Assembly: GCA_950097015.1 (NCBI GenBank)
Contig: CATNEN010000001.1
Span: 1,984,001-2,048,000 of the forward strand
Length of the DNA stretch: 64,000 bases
Direction of reading: 5' to 3'
From: Macrostomum hystrix
Taxonomy: Eukaryota > Animalia > Platyhelminthes
Made by a program: the position numbers and the translations under genes. The notes under the pieces are model-generated. The model searched no databases. It saw only the letters and a program-made list of their open reading frames with translations, and had not been told where the DNA came from. Shown here piece after piece: positions 63,960 through 64,000 of the stretch; position 1 is the stretch's first letter, and every line of letters starts with the position of its first letter.

Positions 63960-64000
63960 ATGAGATTCATTGGTGAACTACTGCAAGTTCTAACTTCAGG
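63960..64000 (+). CDS. PAN-TG family copy G (C subtype), exon 1 only; runs off window
   Basis: ATGAGATTCATTGGTGAACTACTGCAAGTTCTAACTTCAG|g = MRFIGELLQVLTS, same as copy C exon 1. Confidence 0.7.
   Translation, partial: MRFIGELLQVLTS

Larger units (their letters stand above)
56507..64000. repeat. Large inverted segmental duplication (arms ~56507-58340 and ~61795-64000)
   Basis: Reverse-complement near-identity, e.g. matching ORFs 57501-57701(-) and 62453-62653(+); arm 2 has an extra ~345 bp at 62671-63014. Confidence 0.9.

Noticed and set aside
49126-64000. ALK/LTK receptor tyrosine kinase gene
   Set aside because: Complete copies stop right after the Gly-rich domain; no EGF, TM or kinase exons seen

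Overview
Eukaryotic (metazoan) genomic DNA. The intron-filling minisatellites, AT-rich introns and GC-rich exons resemble a free-living flatworm such as Macrostomum (inference, not verified). I reconstructed five spliced single-copy genes by hand from GT-AG boundaries: WDSUB1 (+), transaldolase (-), V-ATPase V0 subunit d (+), HSBP1 (-, absent from the ORF track) and a Cys-less ('Pro-loop') pentameric ligand-gated ion channel (+). The last 15 kb is a rearranged cluster of at least seven copies or fragments of a secreted protein gene: signal peptide + PAN/Apple-like domain + ALK/LTK-type TNF-like/glycine-rich domain, with no TM or kinase. Mobile DNA includes a mariner with an intact DD34D ORF but no left TIR, a non-autonomous Helitron, hAT and TA-TSD MITEs, a Tc1-like foldback remnant and three tRNA-derived SINE families. 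About 20 distinct minisatellites explain most long ORFs in the track. Best leads: (1) the soluble PAN-ALK/LTK-ectodomain family with a variable PAN patch; (2) a signal-peptide-less Cys-less pLGIC with a possible N-myristoylated first exon; (3) an in-frame acceptor that could fuse that exon to the immobilised transposase; (4) recurrent TA-CGAGCG-TA / TA-CTCG-TA mariner excision footprints suggesting a 4-nt stagger. All coordinates were read by eye; no searches were run.
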